Below, in pieces: positions 1 to 8,745 of a DNA stretch of 41,922 nucleotides. The position numbers and the translations under genes are program-made. The DNA is from a virus. Taxonomy: Duplodnaviria; Caudoviricetes. The notes under the pieces are model-generated. The model saw nothing but the letters and a program-made list of their open reading frames with translations. It did no database searches and was not told where the DNA came from. The stretch is from positions 1-41,922 of IMG/VR virus record IMGVR_UViG_3300035562_000044, one strand, 5' to 3'. Positions within the stretch are counted from its first letter, which is position 1. Each line of letters starts with the position of its first letter.

Positions 1-239
1 TGCGGATCCGTAAAGGCAGTTCATTCCACGGCCTGGCCCTGAATGTGGCCATGGATCTCAGCCCCTTCCAGCGTATCAACCCTTGCGGTTACGCCGGTAT
101 GCAGATGGCGCAGGTCAGCGCGCTGGCACCCGGTGTTGGCATAGAAGACGTACACCCAGTCCTGGTACAGGAATTTGTTCATTTACTCGGCTACCCGAAG
201 GTCGAGCTTCGTAACTGGAATGTAAACGAATATCTATAA
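1..239 (+). CDS. lipB: Lipoyl(octanoyl) transferase LipB, 3' part (5'-truncated by window); last residues supplied by phage DNA
   Basis: Frame from base 3 reads [32 protein letters not shown], the LipB C-terminal signature including the catalytic PCG Cys; lipA follows at the other end of the prophage. Confidence 0.95.
   Translation, partial: RIRKGSSFHGLALNVAMDLSPFQRINPCGYAGMQMAQVSALAPGVGIEDVHPVLVQEFVHLLGYPKVELRNWNVNEYL
202..220 (+). repeat. Left att core TCGAGCTTCGTAACTGGAA
   Basis: Identical 19-mer at 41825-41843; lies in lipB codons (V)-E-L-R-N-W-(N). Confidence 0.95.
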
Positions 240-293
240 TTATTCATACTATTCAATAGGTTAAATGTAAAATCACGTACTTCTATTACACTG

Positions 294-345
294 AAAAACC
301 ACCATTTCGCACCTAATAAAATCAAATAGTTGCATGGTGGTTTTT
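294..345. promoter_or_regulatory. 12-bp inverted repeat (AAAAACCACCAT / ATGGTGGTTTTT) enclosing an IHF consensus site (AATCAAATAGTTG, 320-332) in the left att arm
   Basis: Perfect IR at 294-305/334-345; exact match to WATCAANNNNTTR; lambda-type integrases use IHF. Confidence 0.6.
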
Positions 346-391
346 TATTAACCAAAATTGATTTATCAGCCTAAATTACCTCAGAGTCTAT

Positions 392-634
392 ATGGCCAGC
401 CTCACTATTAATGGTCACAAGATCTTTTTTCTAACAGAAAATGATCGATATCCGAAACCGAGGGGGGATAGCGCGGAGATGTTTGCTATCCGCGAAGATG
501 AAGAGAAACAGCACTGGCTTTATATCTTACATAATCGACGCTGGCCGCTTGTCTCTGAAACACCTTTTTCAACACAGGGTGAAGCGATAGAGGCAGCGTT
601 AGCATTCGACATAGCTGTACTCTATAAAAAATAG
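392..634 (+). CDS. Hypothetical 80-aa protein (moron next to left att, opposite to late operon)
   Basis: Clean ORF in AT-rich end region, followed by a hairpin; no recognisable motif. Confidence 0.65.
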   Translation: MASLTINGHKIFFLTENDRYPKPRGDSAEMFAIREDEEKQHWLYILHNRRWPLVSETPFSTQGEAIEAALAFDIAVLYKK

Positions 635-651
635 CCGGGGTCCATCCCGGC
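634..651. terminator. Hairpin GCCGGG-gtccat-CCCGGC between convergent genes (probable terminator of the late operon)
   Basis: GC stem between two stop codons; A-run at 626-630 gives a U-tract on the minus strand. Confidence 0.6.
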
Positions 652-657
652 ATCGCA

Positions 658-1569
658 TTACATCCCCAGTCTCGACACAAGAATCGCATCAGACTCATCA
701 GCGGTATGCAGGCAGAGAACGTCTTGAAACGCCCCATAGCACGCACCGACCGCACTAGCAGTTTGAGTCCCACCGATCAGCAACGGCGCTGTATTGCCGA
801 CCAGGCTCGCCAACTTACCAGTCACTGACGGGATTGATGGCTTCAACAGCGTCCCTTTCTCGTACCCTTCTATCACACCAGACGAAACCTTAAACAGACC
901 AGCTGACGGGATGTAATCGGCATACACTGTTGTCGCAACATAAAGAGCGTTGCCATTCCCCGCTGGCCACCCGTTATCACGCGTCCCATAGCGCCATGCT
1001 TCCGTAGTGCCCTGACCATTAGTTATCTGCGTGCGCAAGTATGCCAACGGCAAATTGTTAATGTTATATCCGGCAGTGATCCCATTGTTATCGGCCCTAT
1101 CCAAGTCACTCATTCGTCCGGAAAGCAGATACGACTTTCCTTTTTGGATGATTTGGTTCGTGCGGCTCTTCAGGAACCAACCACCTGCCGAAGAAACTTT
1201 TATAATCACAGCATGTGATGCTGCATCGTAAATCATGGGAAACTGGGGATCTGGAGTGCCTTGGGAACCCGCTAACAAGTCACCACTTGCGCCAAGCATG
1301 TTATAGACAGTCTGGACGTTTCCGAAACCATCAACTTTTATGCCAAACGCTGGAGCCGCACAAATCGTCGTACGTTCGTATATTGCGTTATTTAGCAGAA
1401 AATTAAAGCGAGCCAGACAACCCGCTTCATCAGGAATGTAACCACCATCCGCTACAACCCGCGATTTATACGCGTTGAACAATGCTTGTGGATCAAAAAT
1501 TGAAGCAGACATATCAAGAGCTGTACGCCAGCCGCCATATGCTTTTCCCGTACTTGTTGCCGATGTCAT
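658..1569 (-). CDS. Putative virion tail-associated protein (303 aa), partner of the upstream spike; possibly lectin/beta-sandwich
   Basis: ATG at 1569 overlaps the upstream stop (TAATG) with GGAG RBS; last gene of late operon; Gly/Thr/aromatic-rich. Confidence 0.6.
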   Translation of the reverse strand: MTSATSTGKAYGGWRTALDMSASIFDPQALFNAYKSRVVADGGYIPDEAGCLARFNFLLNNAIYERTTICAAPAFGIKVDGFGNVQTVYNMLGASGDLLAGSQGTPDPQFPMIYDAASHAVIIKVSSAGGWFLKSRTNQIIQKGKSYLLSGRMSDLDRADNNGITAGYNINNLPLAYLRTQITNGQGTTEAWRYGTRDNGWPAGNGNALYVATTVYADYIPSAGLFKVSSGVIEGYEKGTLLKPSIPSVTGKLASLVGNTAPLLIGGTQTASAVGACYGAFQDVLCLHTADESDAILVSRLGM

Positions 1570-4256
1570 TAAAATTCTCCTGTAAGCGGTAGACGGTCGA
1601 GGCATGCCCAGTTGAACATTGGGAATGGCTGACCGTTACGGGTGATCCAGCGTGATGTTTGTGTTGAGCTATCTCGAAGACAAACCAATGGGTAGACAAA
1701 GTCTTTGATGACCGGCACCGTGTTTGTAAAACCGATAAGCAAATGATCGGATATCGCCGGTGCATGATTTAGGGTTATGCGAATGGTGTTCTGCTTTATA
1801 ACAGATACAGATTGAATCACCGCACTGCCATCCAGCAGGGAAAACCCCTGCCCTGGACAATCAGCAATCGTGGTTGTGTCAATCACCAACGGAAGATAAG
1901 GAACATCGAAAACGATATCGATCGTGCTACCGTTAACAGATAATGAGCGAGCCTTAAGCCCAGTCCATGTGCCTTTTTTCTCAGGGTCATACAGATGCCA
2001 GTAGATAGCCTGTGCGGCGTATTCACCTTGTAACACCTTCCCCGCAGCATTTAAGTGGCTCAGCGTTGCATCGTTATACAGCCAGTTCAGCGGATACTTA
2101 GGCCCGTAAATGATGGCCTTTGCCGCGTTCTGCCGCACGTAAGTTAACTGGTCTGTTGCCGCAACCGAATACGGCTGCACGACCACAGGCTCTCCGATGG
2201 GATTTCCCTGATCGTCTACCTGTTGGTTTTTTGTATTAACCCTGCTTCCGACCTGCCCAATCACCTCCGCGAAATTATCGGTCTGCCCCGTGATCCCTTT
2301 AAAATCCAATTGGAGGCCAGAAAAATAAGGCTTCATCTTCGCGAGATAATCGCCAGGATTTTGTGAGCTGCCGTTATCGTTGTCCGTCTCCCCATGCTCG
2401 AGCGTCATAAATTTGAAGGTATATCGTTTCCCTACCCCATTGGCCGCATTTTTCCCAAGCTGGACGAAATCTAGTCCGTTTTGATAAGGAATCGTCCCTT
2501 TGCTTATTTCTACGAACGATCGACCACCGGCGGCAAATGGCGCGTGAATGAAGACCTGGTTTCCGGGTTTTTTATGAAGCATCGCGTAATACATCGGCAA
2601 AACATTGCCCTGTCTATATGAGGGATACTGCGCATCGTTGAGAGTGGATAGGTCAGATAGACTAACAGGATCCATACCACCACCTTCAGGCCTGCCATTT
2701 GCCCCGGCAAGAACTCGGCCACGAAAGACAGGATCACGGTTAACAATGTTAATTCCCGCGCCATCTTTCGGTGCGTTGAGTGATTGCCCCCCCGTCCCAC
2801 CTCCGTGCGCTTCTTCCGCATCGATAGGCATTTCGCGAATTGATGGCTCGTACTTCACTCCATAGCCAGAAACTGCTTCCCCACCTGGCACATAGCTGAA
2901 AATAAAGCCTGCCGATGTCATCTTTTGAGCAGTGAGAACAGGACGTTCTGACCACACGACACTGCCACGCCATGCCGCTGCTGGTATACCGTTAACCGTT
3001 TTAATTGAGGCTAGCGACTCACCGAGGTTGTCCTGGAGTGGGCCATCAATTCCGGGGATGTGTACACCACCATCATCATCAATTGCAAACAGAGCGGTTT
3101 TTAGGTCTTTGGCAAAAAGAACATGCTGGAAACCAACGATACGCCGCGAAAAATTCGTCGAGCAAATTGTATCTAGGCGGTCTTGCAATACGTCATCCAT
3201 TCCAACAATGCGCATATTCCCATCGTCATCAATGGTAATTAGGCCTAACGACCCTGTTTTATCAACGAGAACATGCTGATAACCACGATAACGGTTAGCG
3301 ATGTTCTTCGGGATTAATTGCTCAACATAATCTTGAATAGATGATTTCAGCCCCGCAAGCCACAAGCCGAAGTCATTGTCGAGTGCCATGGCTGTTTCTG
3401 ATGGGCCTCGTGCGCCTTCCACAGTCCATTGCCATTGTTCCGACTGATACTGGCGAAGTGCAGCAGTTCTTTTATTTGTTTCAATGAGGCTGACGACCAG
3501 CGAAATAACAGTTGCAGCAATTTCATCAACATATTTCCCGTTGCTCAGATAGCGGCCTGTTGGCGTCGCTACCCCATTGAGGTTCTCATATTCATCAACC
3601 CACTGCGTTGAAACAGTCGAGCGAACGGAAAAATAACGCCGTGTTTCAACTCCATCGGTAATGGCTTTCTGAGCTTCAGTTTCATCCGTATATGCACCAG
3701 AGCCAGATTGAGCTATACCTGCAGCAGCCTCCGATCTTTCTGCCGAGGCATCTGATTGCTTTGCCGCATTAATGGCAGTTAGTGAATTTTCTGACGAGAT
3801 TTTTTCACTTAATGCTGCTGAGGCTGAGTTTTGCTCAGATATTGCAGCGTAAAACTTTGAACTTTCAGCTGATAATCCAGATGATGCAGCTGCATTTGAG
3901 GATGTATTTTCCGCCACCTGCATTTGCTGCAACAAGCGGGTCATTTCAGAGAGTAAATTTGGTCCCGGCAGAAAGGAAATAAGGTAATCATTAAGTGATG
4001 CTGATTGCCCCCCCTCTAATAATTGAATAGAACCTAAAATATCACTTTTACCATTAGGGTATAACGCTGCAACATCATACTCCCCTGGTAACAATTCGAA
4101 TCTATAACTTCCATCACTGCCTGTAATTTGCGATGCATCAAGTTGGCGAAAAGTATTATTAGTATTCCCCCTTAACGTTACACCCAGGCGAACATCAGGG
4201 AATGGTTTTCCGTCCGGGGTCAGATAGACACCAGAAATAACGATCAATTCTGTCAT
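1569..4256 (-). CDS. Side tail fibre/tailspike with lambda Stf-like N-terminal domain and SGNH (sialate O-acetylesterase-like) hydrolase domain
   Basis: N-terminus ISGVYLTPDGKP...GSYRFELLPGEYDV...SLNDYL resembles the Stf N-domain; Ala/Ser coiled coil; SGNH blocks GQS (490-492), AAGG, HGETD (621-625), D..H (His734). Confidence 0.75.
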   Translation of the reverse strand: MTELIVISGVYLTPDGKPFPDVRLGVTLRGNTNNTFRQLDASQITGSDGSYRFELLPGEYDVAALYPNGKSDILGSIQLLEGGQSASLNDYLISFLPGPNLLSEMTRLLQQMQVAENTSSNAAASSGLSAESSKFYAAISEQNSASAALSEKISSENSLTAINAAKQSDASAERSEAAAGIAQSGSGAYTDETEAQKAITDGVETRRYFSVRSTVSTQWVDEYENLNGVATPTGRYLSNGKYVDEIAATVISLVVSLIETNKRTAALRQYQSEQWQWTVEGARGPSETAMALDNDFGLWLAGLKSSIQDYVEQLIPKNIANRYRGYQHVLVDKTGSLGLITIDDDGNMRIVGMDDVLQDRLDTICSTNFSRRIVGFQHVLFAKDLKTALFAIDDDGGVHIPGIDGPLQDNLGESLASIKTVNGIPAAAWRGSVVWSERPVLTAQKMTSAGFIFSYVPGGEAVSGYGVKYEPSIREMPIDAEEAHGGGTGGQSLNAPKDGAGINIVNRDPVFRGRVLAGANGRPEGGGMDPVSLSDLSTLNDAQYPSYRQGNVLPMYYAMLHKKPGNQVFIHAPFAAGGRSFVEISKGTIPYQNGLDFVQLGKNAANGVGKRYTFKFMTLEHGETDNDNGSSQNPGDYLAKMKPYFSGLQLDFKGITGQTDNFAEVIGQVGSRVNTKNQQVDDQGNPIGEPVVVQPYSVAATDQLTYVRQNAAKAIIYGPKYPLNWLYNDATLSHLNAAGKVLQGEYAAQAIYWHLYDPEKKGTWTGLKARSLSVNGSTIDIVFDVPYLPLVIDTTTIADCPGQGFSLLDGSAVIQSVSVIKQNTIRITLNHAPAISDHLLIGFTNTVPVIKDFVYPLVCLRDSSTQTSRWITRNGQPFPMFNWACLDRLPLTGEF

Positions 4257-4297
4257 GGCGATACTCTTGGTAGGTTAATACTTAATTGAACGAGAGG

Positions 4298-5419
4298 TTA
4301 GAAATAATCGACACCTTTCTTTTCTTCTTTCTTGGCTTTCGTCTTTTTATTACTCGTACTACGTATGTTGTCCACCAAATTAAAATCCATTGTCATGCCC
4401 TTCTGCGTAAGACTAAATGCTAGGGACTCGATCACCCAATCCCGATCTTCCACCTCACCAAATCCAAAGGTTGTTACCATGCTTTCCGCTGTTAATGGCA
4501 AATATTGCGGACGACAAGGCCCTGCCAGGGTCATCCGAAATTCGTTACGGTTTGCCTGCGTTGCACGAGATTTAACGCGATGATCGGCATGGGCTTTACT
4601 AGGCTGTGTGAAAGGGTTGGTTATATCCGGTCCGTCATGATCAACTTGTGCCGTTTTTGTTTTACCATCGGCCTCATCGAAGTAGTCCACGCCGACCTTA
4701 TTTTTTTTCTTATCCCCGCTCGGACCTGTTGCTTTTCCTGTGCTTGCCCCACGATCACCACTTGAATAACTCCAGCTTGAGAGCATCGAGGGCGTTACTG
4801 TTACTGATGACATCGCCTTACCGCTGGCTGCGGCTGCGGCTGCTTGTTCCAGAAAAAGCCAATAGCCACCGCTGGGTTTGCTAATGGCGCTATAGTTACG
4901 GGCAATCCGCGTTAGCAGGGATGCATCGGACTCTCGAATCTGATCGATATGATCTACCAATATGGTGGCCAACTTATCGGTAACACGTGGTTTCAGACCA
5001 TTATCCTGCGCCACAGTTTTCACAATGTCGCCAATTGTCATACTGTCCCAACTGCGTGTTTTTTGGCTTTGAACGTTGCCAGGCTGCTTTTCAGCATTCA
5101 TCGGAGCCGCCGTTCCGTAAATAACGACTTTACGCGGTGGACCACTGCTGGAAACACGACTGACTACAAACCACCCTTTGTTAATCAGGTCACCATTAAA
5201 GCCAAGCGCCAACTGCAATCTGGCCCCCTTAGAGGGTAGCTTTAACGTTTCAGACATCAGCGTAATTTGCAGCTCATCCGCTTTTGCCGTGGCTCCGCCG
5301 TGATCAGTCAGGGTTATTTCTACCAGTCGCTCACGGATAGCCTCCGTTATATCCTTGCCTTCGGCTGTTACGCTAAATTCTGGCCGATACTCTACCGGGG
5401 TTGTCGTGTCCATAATCAT
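4298..5419 (-). CDS. P2 gpD-like baseplate hub (late control D family)
   Basis: PEFSVTAEGKDIT...ITLTD...ADELQI...IDQIRESDASLLTRIA; follows gpU and gpX; TAATG overlap with gpX stop. Confidence 0.9.
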   Translation of the reverse strand: MIMDTTTPVEYRPEFSVTAEGKDITEAIRERLVEITLTDHGGATAKADELQITLMSETLKLPSKGARLQLALGFNGDLINKGWFVVSRVSSSGPPRKVVIYGTAAPMNAEKQPGNVQSQKTRSWDSMTIGDIVKTVAQDNGLKPRVTDKLATILVDHIDQIRESDASLLTRIARNYSAISKPSGGYWLFLEQAAAAAASGKAMSSVTVTPSMLSSWSYSSGDRGASTGKATGPSGDKKKNKVGVDYFDEADGKTKTAQVDHDGPDITNPFTQPSKAHADHRVKSRATQANRNEFRMTLAGPCRPQYLPLTAESMVTTFGFGEVEDRDWVIESLAFSLTQKGMTMDFNLVDNIRSTSNKKTKAKKEEKKGVDYF

Positions 5420-5634
5420 TAATCCCACAATTGAACGGCTGATTCAGCAGCAGGCAGCGTTATATCAGGCAAAGTGATAACCACCCCGGCATCGAACACC
5501 GCGCCCAATGCCGCCAGGTCCTGATTGGCTTCAAGAACGGACACCACCGTTTCGGCCAGATTTTCCATGCCGTAATGCTCGGCACAAATTTCATCCAGTA
5601 CATCACCATCACGGGTTTGATATATCGTCGGCAT
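5419..5634 (-). CDS. P2 gpX-like tail protein (LysM-like)
   Basis: YQTRDGDVLDEICAEHYG...VLEAN...LWD. Confidence 0.92.
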   Translation of the reverse strand: MPTIYQTRDGDVLDEICAEHYGMENLAETVVSVLEANQDLAALGAVFDAGVVITLPDITLPAAESAVQLWD

Positions 5635-6079
5635 AATGTTTCATCGTCATTGAGTACGTTTTTTTTCGTGGGCCACCGCCGGGTAAAAACGATGGTGTGA
5701 CATCACTAAAATCTGTGATCACCCACCAGCCCAACACGTCACCTACCCCGCTGACCAGTTGCTGAGGCTCAGCCTTATCGGCCAGGTCATACAGTGCATC
5801 AATAGAAGCGACGCCCTTCCTGAACAACGCATGGGCTTCACCTTCCATCTTCACGCTACGAGCCGATTTTCCGGTGTATTGAAGCAAGTCCGCTTTACCA
5901 ATCCGCTCCTGCTCCCCCCAGCGCCAACTTGCTTCCCGTGAAATTTGGTTATACGTCGCCGAATCGATGGAAAACTCAAAATCCCCCAGCATCATCATGA
6001 CGCGAGGTTCATCAGTCGTACGCCGGTCAGACATACCCTGTTCATACCCGCCGATGACCGTATTGATAATGTCAGACAT
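5609..6079 (-). CDS. P2 gpU-like tail tube initiator
   Basis: MMMLGDFEF...W...RIG...LQYTG...GWWVI; position after tape measure. Confidence 0.9.
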   Translation of the reverse strand: MSDIINTVIGGYEQGMSDRRTTDEPRVMMMLGDFEFSIDSATYNQISREASWRWGEQERIGKADLLQYTGKSARSVKMEGEAHALFRKGVASIDALYDLADKAEPQQLVSGVGDVLGWWVITDFSDVTPSFLPGGGPRKKTYSMTMKHYADDISNP

Positions 6080-7791
6080 TAACCAGCCTCCGGAATGTCA
6101 TAGAGTGAGTTATTACCGTTGAAAATATCGTTGCGCCGGGCACTGCCGATCGCTTCATCCGCGACCTGTTTGGGGTCCTGATTTTCGGTGGCATAAACGT
6201 TAACGGTCATTTGTTGACGTCGGTTGTCGTTGACCTCTGGCTTATGTTGGGGTGCAGTATCAGCTTTGCTTAGCACGTCGGTTAAGGTTGGCCAGGTACC
6301 ATTCTGATATTGAGCCGTGGAGGTTGCTCCAGCTATCGGTGGAGGATTTTCTCCTAACTTTTTTAATTCACTTAACGGATCAGCACTTCCCTCACCATCG
6401 ATGGATAGCAATAACTTACCAGTAGTTTTTTCTTTAAACGCATCCGTTCTTCTACCCACAAACCCGGCGTCTTCCTCCTCACTGCGCCATTTATCCCTTA
6501 AGGCGTTAACCTTCTCTGGGTTGTCCAAGTTTTTGGAAAACCAATCTTCAAGCCCATCTTTTTTTGCATAAATCCGCGCAATTCCTAGCTCAGTATTTCC
6601 GCTCGCCAGCCCCTGAATAATTCGTTTTTTATTGTCAGTATCATCCGGCAAGAGCCATGACAGCTTTTGCGCCAAAGCATAGGCAATCTTCCCGACATAG
6701 ATTAAGCCCTGGCCAAACCCGATAAGTTTTGGATACCACTCATTCTGCAGAGCATTACTGATTTTGGTGACACCGCCGTTCTTCAACCAGCCGCTCAGGT
6801 CATTGGCTACCTTGGTGACCTCTGGGGCCAGTTCGTTACCCAATGCACCGGCGATCTCCTCCGCACCGCTTGTCAGTACGGTTTGCAGGTTGCTGAATGC
6901 AATATTGCCCTTCAGTGCCCCATCAGCACCTTGTTGCGTTACCACGTTATAGCGCTTCTGCTCTTCCATGAGCTGCTGGTAAGATTTGCCGGTAGCACGC
7001 ATATAAGTCAGGATTTTGTTGGCTTCCCCGCCCATCAGCATATCCACCGCCGAGGCTGCTTTCTGCTCATCCTGCATTTTCAGCGCACGCTCAAAAATCT
7101 TGGACATCTGCTGTTCATTGTTCAGCCCTTTGAACGACTTGCTGCCAAATCCCATCATCGAAAAAGCATCTTCCAGTGATGACATCTTGCCGAGGGCTTT
7201 ATACTCACCAACCTTGTTTTTCAGTTCTTCGGCCAGGTCGCCAATATTTTCGCCGTTCATGCCCATCTGTTTCGCCATACTGTCCCAGGCGTTGTAGGTT
7301 TCAATGCCTACGCCGTAGTTTCTAGCCATACCGGCTTTCTCGGCTGTCTTACTGTTCAATGCTACGGGTGACAGCGTGGCACCAATAGCAGCTGCAGCCA
7401 GGCCACCGCCGCCCAATGCCATGCCGCCAGGGAAGGATTGACGGGCAATGTTTAGGGCCTTCCCGAAAGTCCCCCGACCCATTGAACCAAACCGCTTCAA
7501 ACGCTCAGCTTTCTGCAGGTCACGATTAAGCGCCTCTTGTGCGGCTTCCGCCTTTTTGATTTCCCGCGTCACCCCGGCGTAATCTTTTTTCAGACCGCTG
7601 ATATCCTTACCCGCCAGTTTGGTCTTTTTCATCTGATCAGCCAGATCGCGCTGTTGCTTTGTCAGTTTCTCTGACTGCTTCTCAACGGTCTTGATGCCTT
7701 TTTTTAACCCTTCCGTAGACCGTCCCCAACTGGCATCGATATTGCCGCCAAACGAGATGGATGCCTTAAGATTTTGGCTTATTGACCCCAC
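6079..7791 (-). CDS. Tape measure protein (570 aa)
   Basis: Helical Ala/Gly/Lys-rich protein between chaperone and gpU; GTG start with GGAGG RBS. Confidence 0.85.
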   Translation of the reverse strand: MGSISQNLKASISFGGNIDASWGRSTEGLKKGIKTVEKQSEKLTKQQRDLADQMKKTKLAGKDISGLKKDYAGVTREIKKAEAAQEALNRDLQKAERLKRFGSMGRGTFGKALNIARQSFPGGMALGGGGLAAAAIGATLSPVALNSKTAEKAGMARNYGVGIETYNAWDSMAKQMGMNGENIGDLAEELKNKVGEYKALGKMSSLEDAFSMMGFGSKSFKGLNNEQQMSKIFERALKMQDEQKAASAVDMLMGGEANKILTYMRATGKSYQQLMEEQKRYNVVTQQGADGALKGNIAFSNLQTVLTSGAEEIAGALGNELAPEVTKVANDLSGWLKNGGVTKISNALQNEWYPKLIGFGQGLIYVGKIAYALAQKLSWLLPDDTDNKKRIIQGLASGNTELGIARIYAKKDGLEDWFSKNLDNPEKVNALRDKWRSEEEDAGFVGRRTDAFKEKTTGKLLLSIDGEGSADPLSELKKLGENPPPIAGATSTAQYQNGTWPTLTDVLSKADTAPQHKPEVNDNRRQQMTVNVYATENQDPKQVADEAIGSARRNDIFNGNNSLYDIPEAG

Positions 7792-7946
7792 GGGCGATAT
7801 CCTCCACTTCCTCTATGACGAAGTTGTAAAATTCAGAAAAGGGCATGCTCAACCAATCGCTCATGGTGTAGTGCATACGCCGCCCGAGGAATCTCAGCGT
7901 TTTGCGGATTTCGGCTTCGGTCGTTTGGCGGGAGGTAGCAAAAAAA
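7766..7946 (-). CDS. -1 frameshift extension of the tail chaperone (gpE+E'-like)
   Basis: Slippery GTTTTTTTG (A7 at 7940-7946 on +); -1 frame open to TAA at 7766-7768: FATSRQTTEAEIRKTLRFLGRRMHYTMSDWLSMPFSEFYNFVIEEVEDIARGVNKPKS. Confidence 0.8.
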
Positions 7947-8196
7947 CATTGAAGGCTTCCTCGAACTGGTTGTAATCAGCGGCCGTCAGCGAATAGATAT
8001 CTTCAAGATTCATGTTGCAGAGGCTGGCGATCATCTTCGCCTCTTTCTCATAATCACTACCCGGACCTTTATTAAACTCGACACGATCCCGAACCTGAGG
8101 CTCTCGCATCGTAACGGTGGTCAGTTTGCTGCCATTTTCCAGCGTCAGCGGGCTGTAGAGGGTGATTTCGGTGGTCGTGCCTGGGAAGTTAGTCAT
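7894..8196 (-). CDS. Tail assembly chaperone (P2 gpE / FluMu gp41-like)
   Basis: ITLYSP...VTMREPQVRD...IASLC...LTAADY; between tube and TMP genes. Confidence 0.9.
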   Translation of the reverse strand: MTNFPGTTTEITLYSPLTLENGSKLTTVTMREPQVRDRVEFNKGPGSDYEKEAKMIASLCNMNLEDIYSLTAADYNQFEEAFNVFLLPPAKRPKPKSAKR

Positions 8197-8210
8197 CTGT
8201 TACTCCAAAT

Positions 8211-8232
8211 AAAAAGCGGCCCGCAGGCCGCT
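8211..8232 (-). terminator. Rho-independent terminator after tail tube gene
   Basis: Minus strand AGCGGCctgcggGCCGCT-TTTT. Confidence 0.7.
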
Positions 8233-8238
8233 GTCAGA

Positions 8239-8745
8239 TTAAAGGCGAATTTTTGAAGAGATATTTCTCAACTGGTCGATACCGTTAACGCGTCGGATAA
8301 AGCGCTCAGTATCAATTTCGAATAATTCACGCCCGTCCTTGCTCTGCTTGTAATAGCGGAGCGCAATGTCTACGGTGATGGCGTTCTCACTCAGATTGTC
8401 CTTGCCACGCGCATCTGGGGTCACCGTGAAAACAAACCCTTCGATCTCTTCGATCGTCCCCATCGCCGTACCGTTACTGAGATACCCCTGGTAGGCAGTA
8501 AACCGACTTGTTGATCCACTGGTAAAACCAAACCGGGACAAGATATCAGTATCAATGCCATAAAATTTGACCTGGCAGGTTAACGCCTCCATGCCATCAT
8601 CCACCGGCGTCGGCGCATCCTGTGCGCCTGTGCGCAAATCGCCCTTGACGATACTCAGCGCGGGCGGCGTAAACTCATGCGCCCCTTCAATGCGAATGCC
8701 TCCAGAAAAGAAGGTCCAGGCGCGTAATGTGTTTTTTGAACTCAT
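8239..8745 (-). CDS. Contractile tail tube protein (P2 FII-like)
   Basis: EFTPPAL...DDGMEAL...FEID...RRVNGIDQL; follows sheath. Confidence 0.92.
   Translation of the reverse strand: MSSKNTLRAWTFFSGGIRIEGAHEFTPPALSIVKGDLRTGAQDAPTPVDDGMEALTCQVKFYGIDTDILSRFGFTSGSTSRFTAYQGYLSNGTAMGTIEEIEGFVFTVTPDARGKDNLSENAITVDIALRYYKQSKDGRELFEIDTERFIRRVNGIDQLRNISSKIRL

Noticed and set aside
614-633. LexA box near the 80-aa ORF (CTGTACTCTATAAAAA)
   Set aside because: Right half-site CAG missing and it lies at the 3' end of the gene; another CTG-N10-CAG at 10850-10865 is inside the tail fibre gene and probably chance
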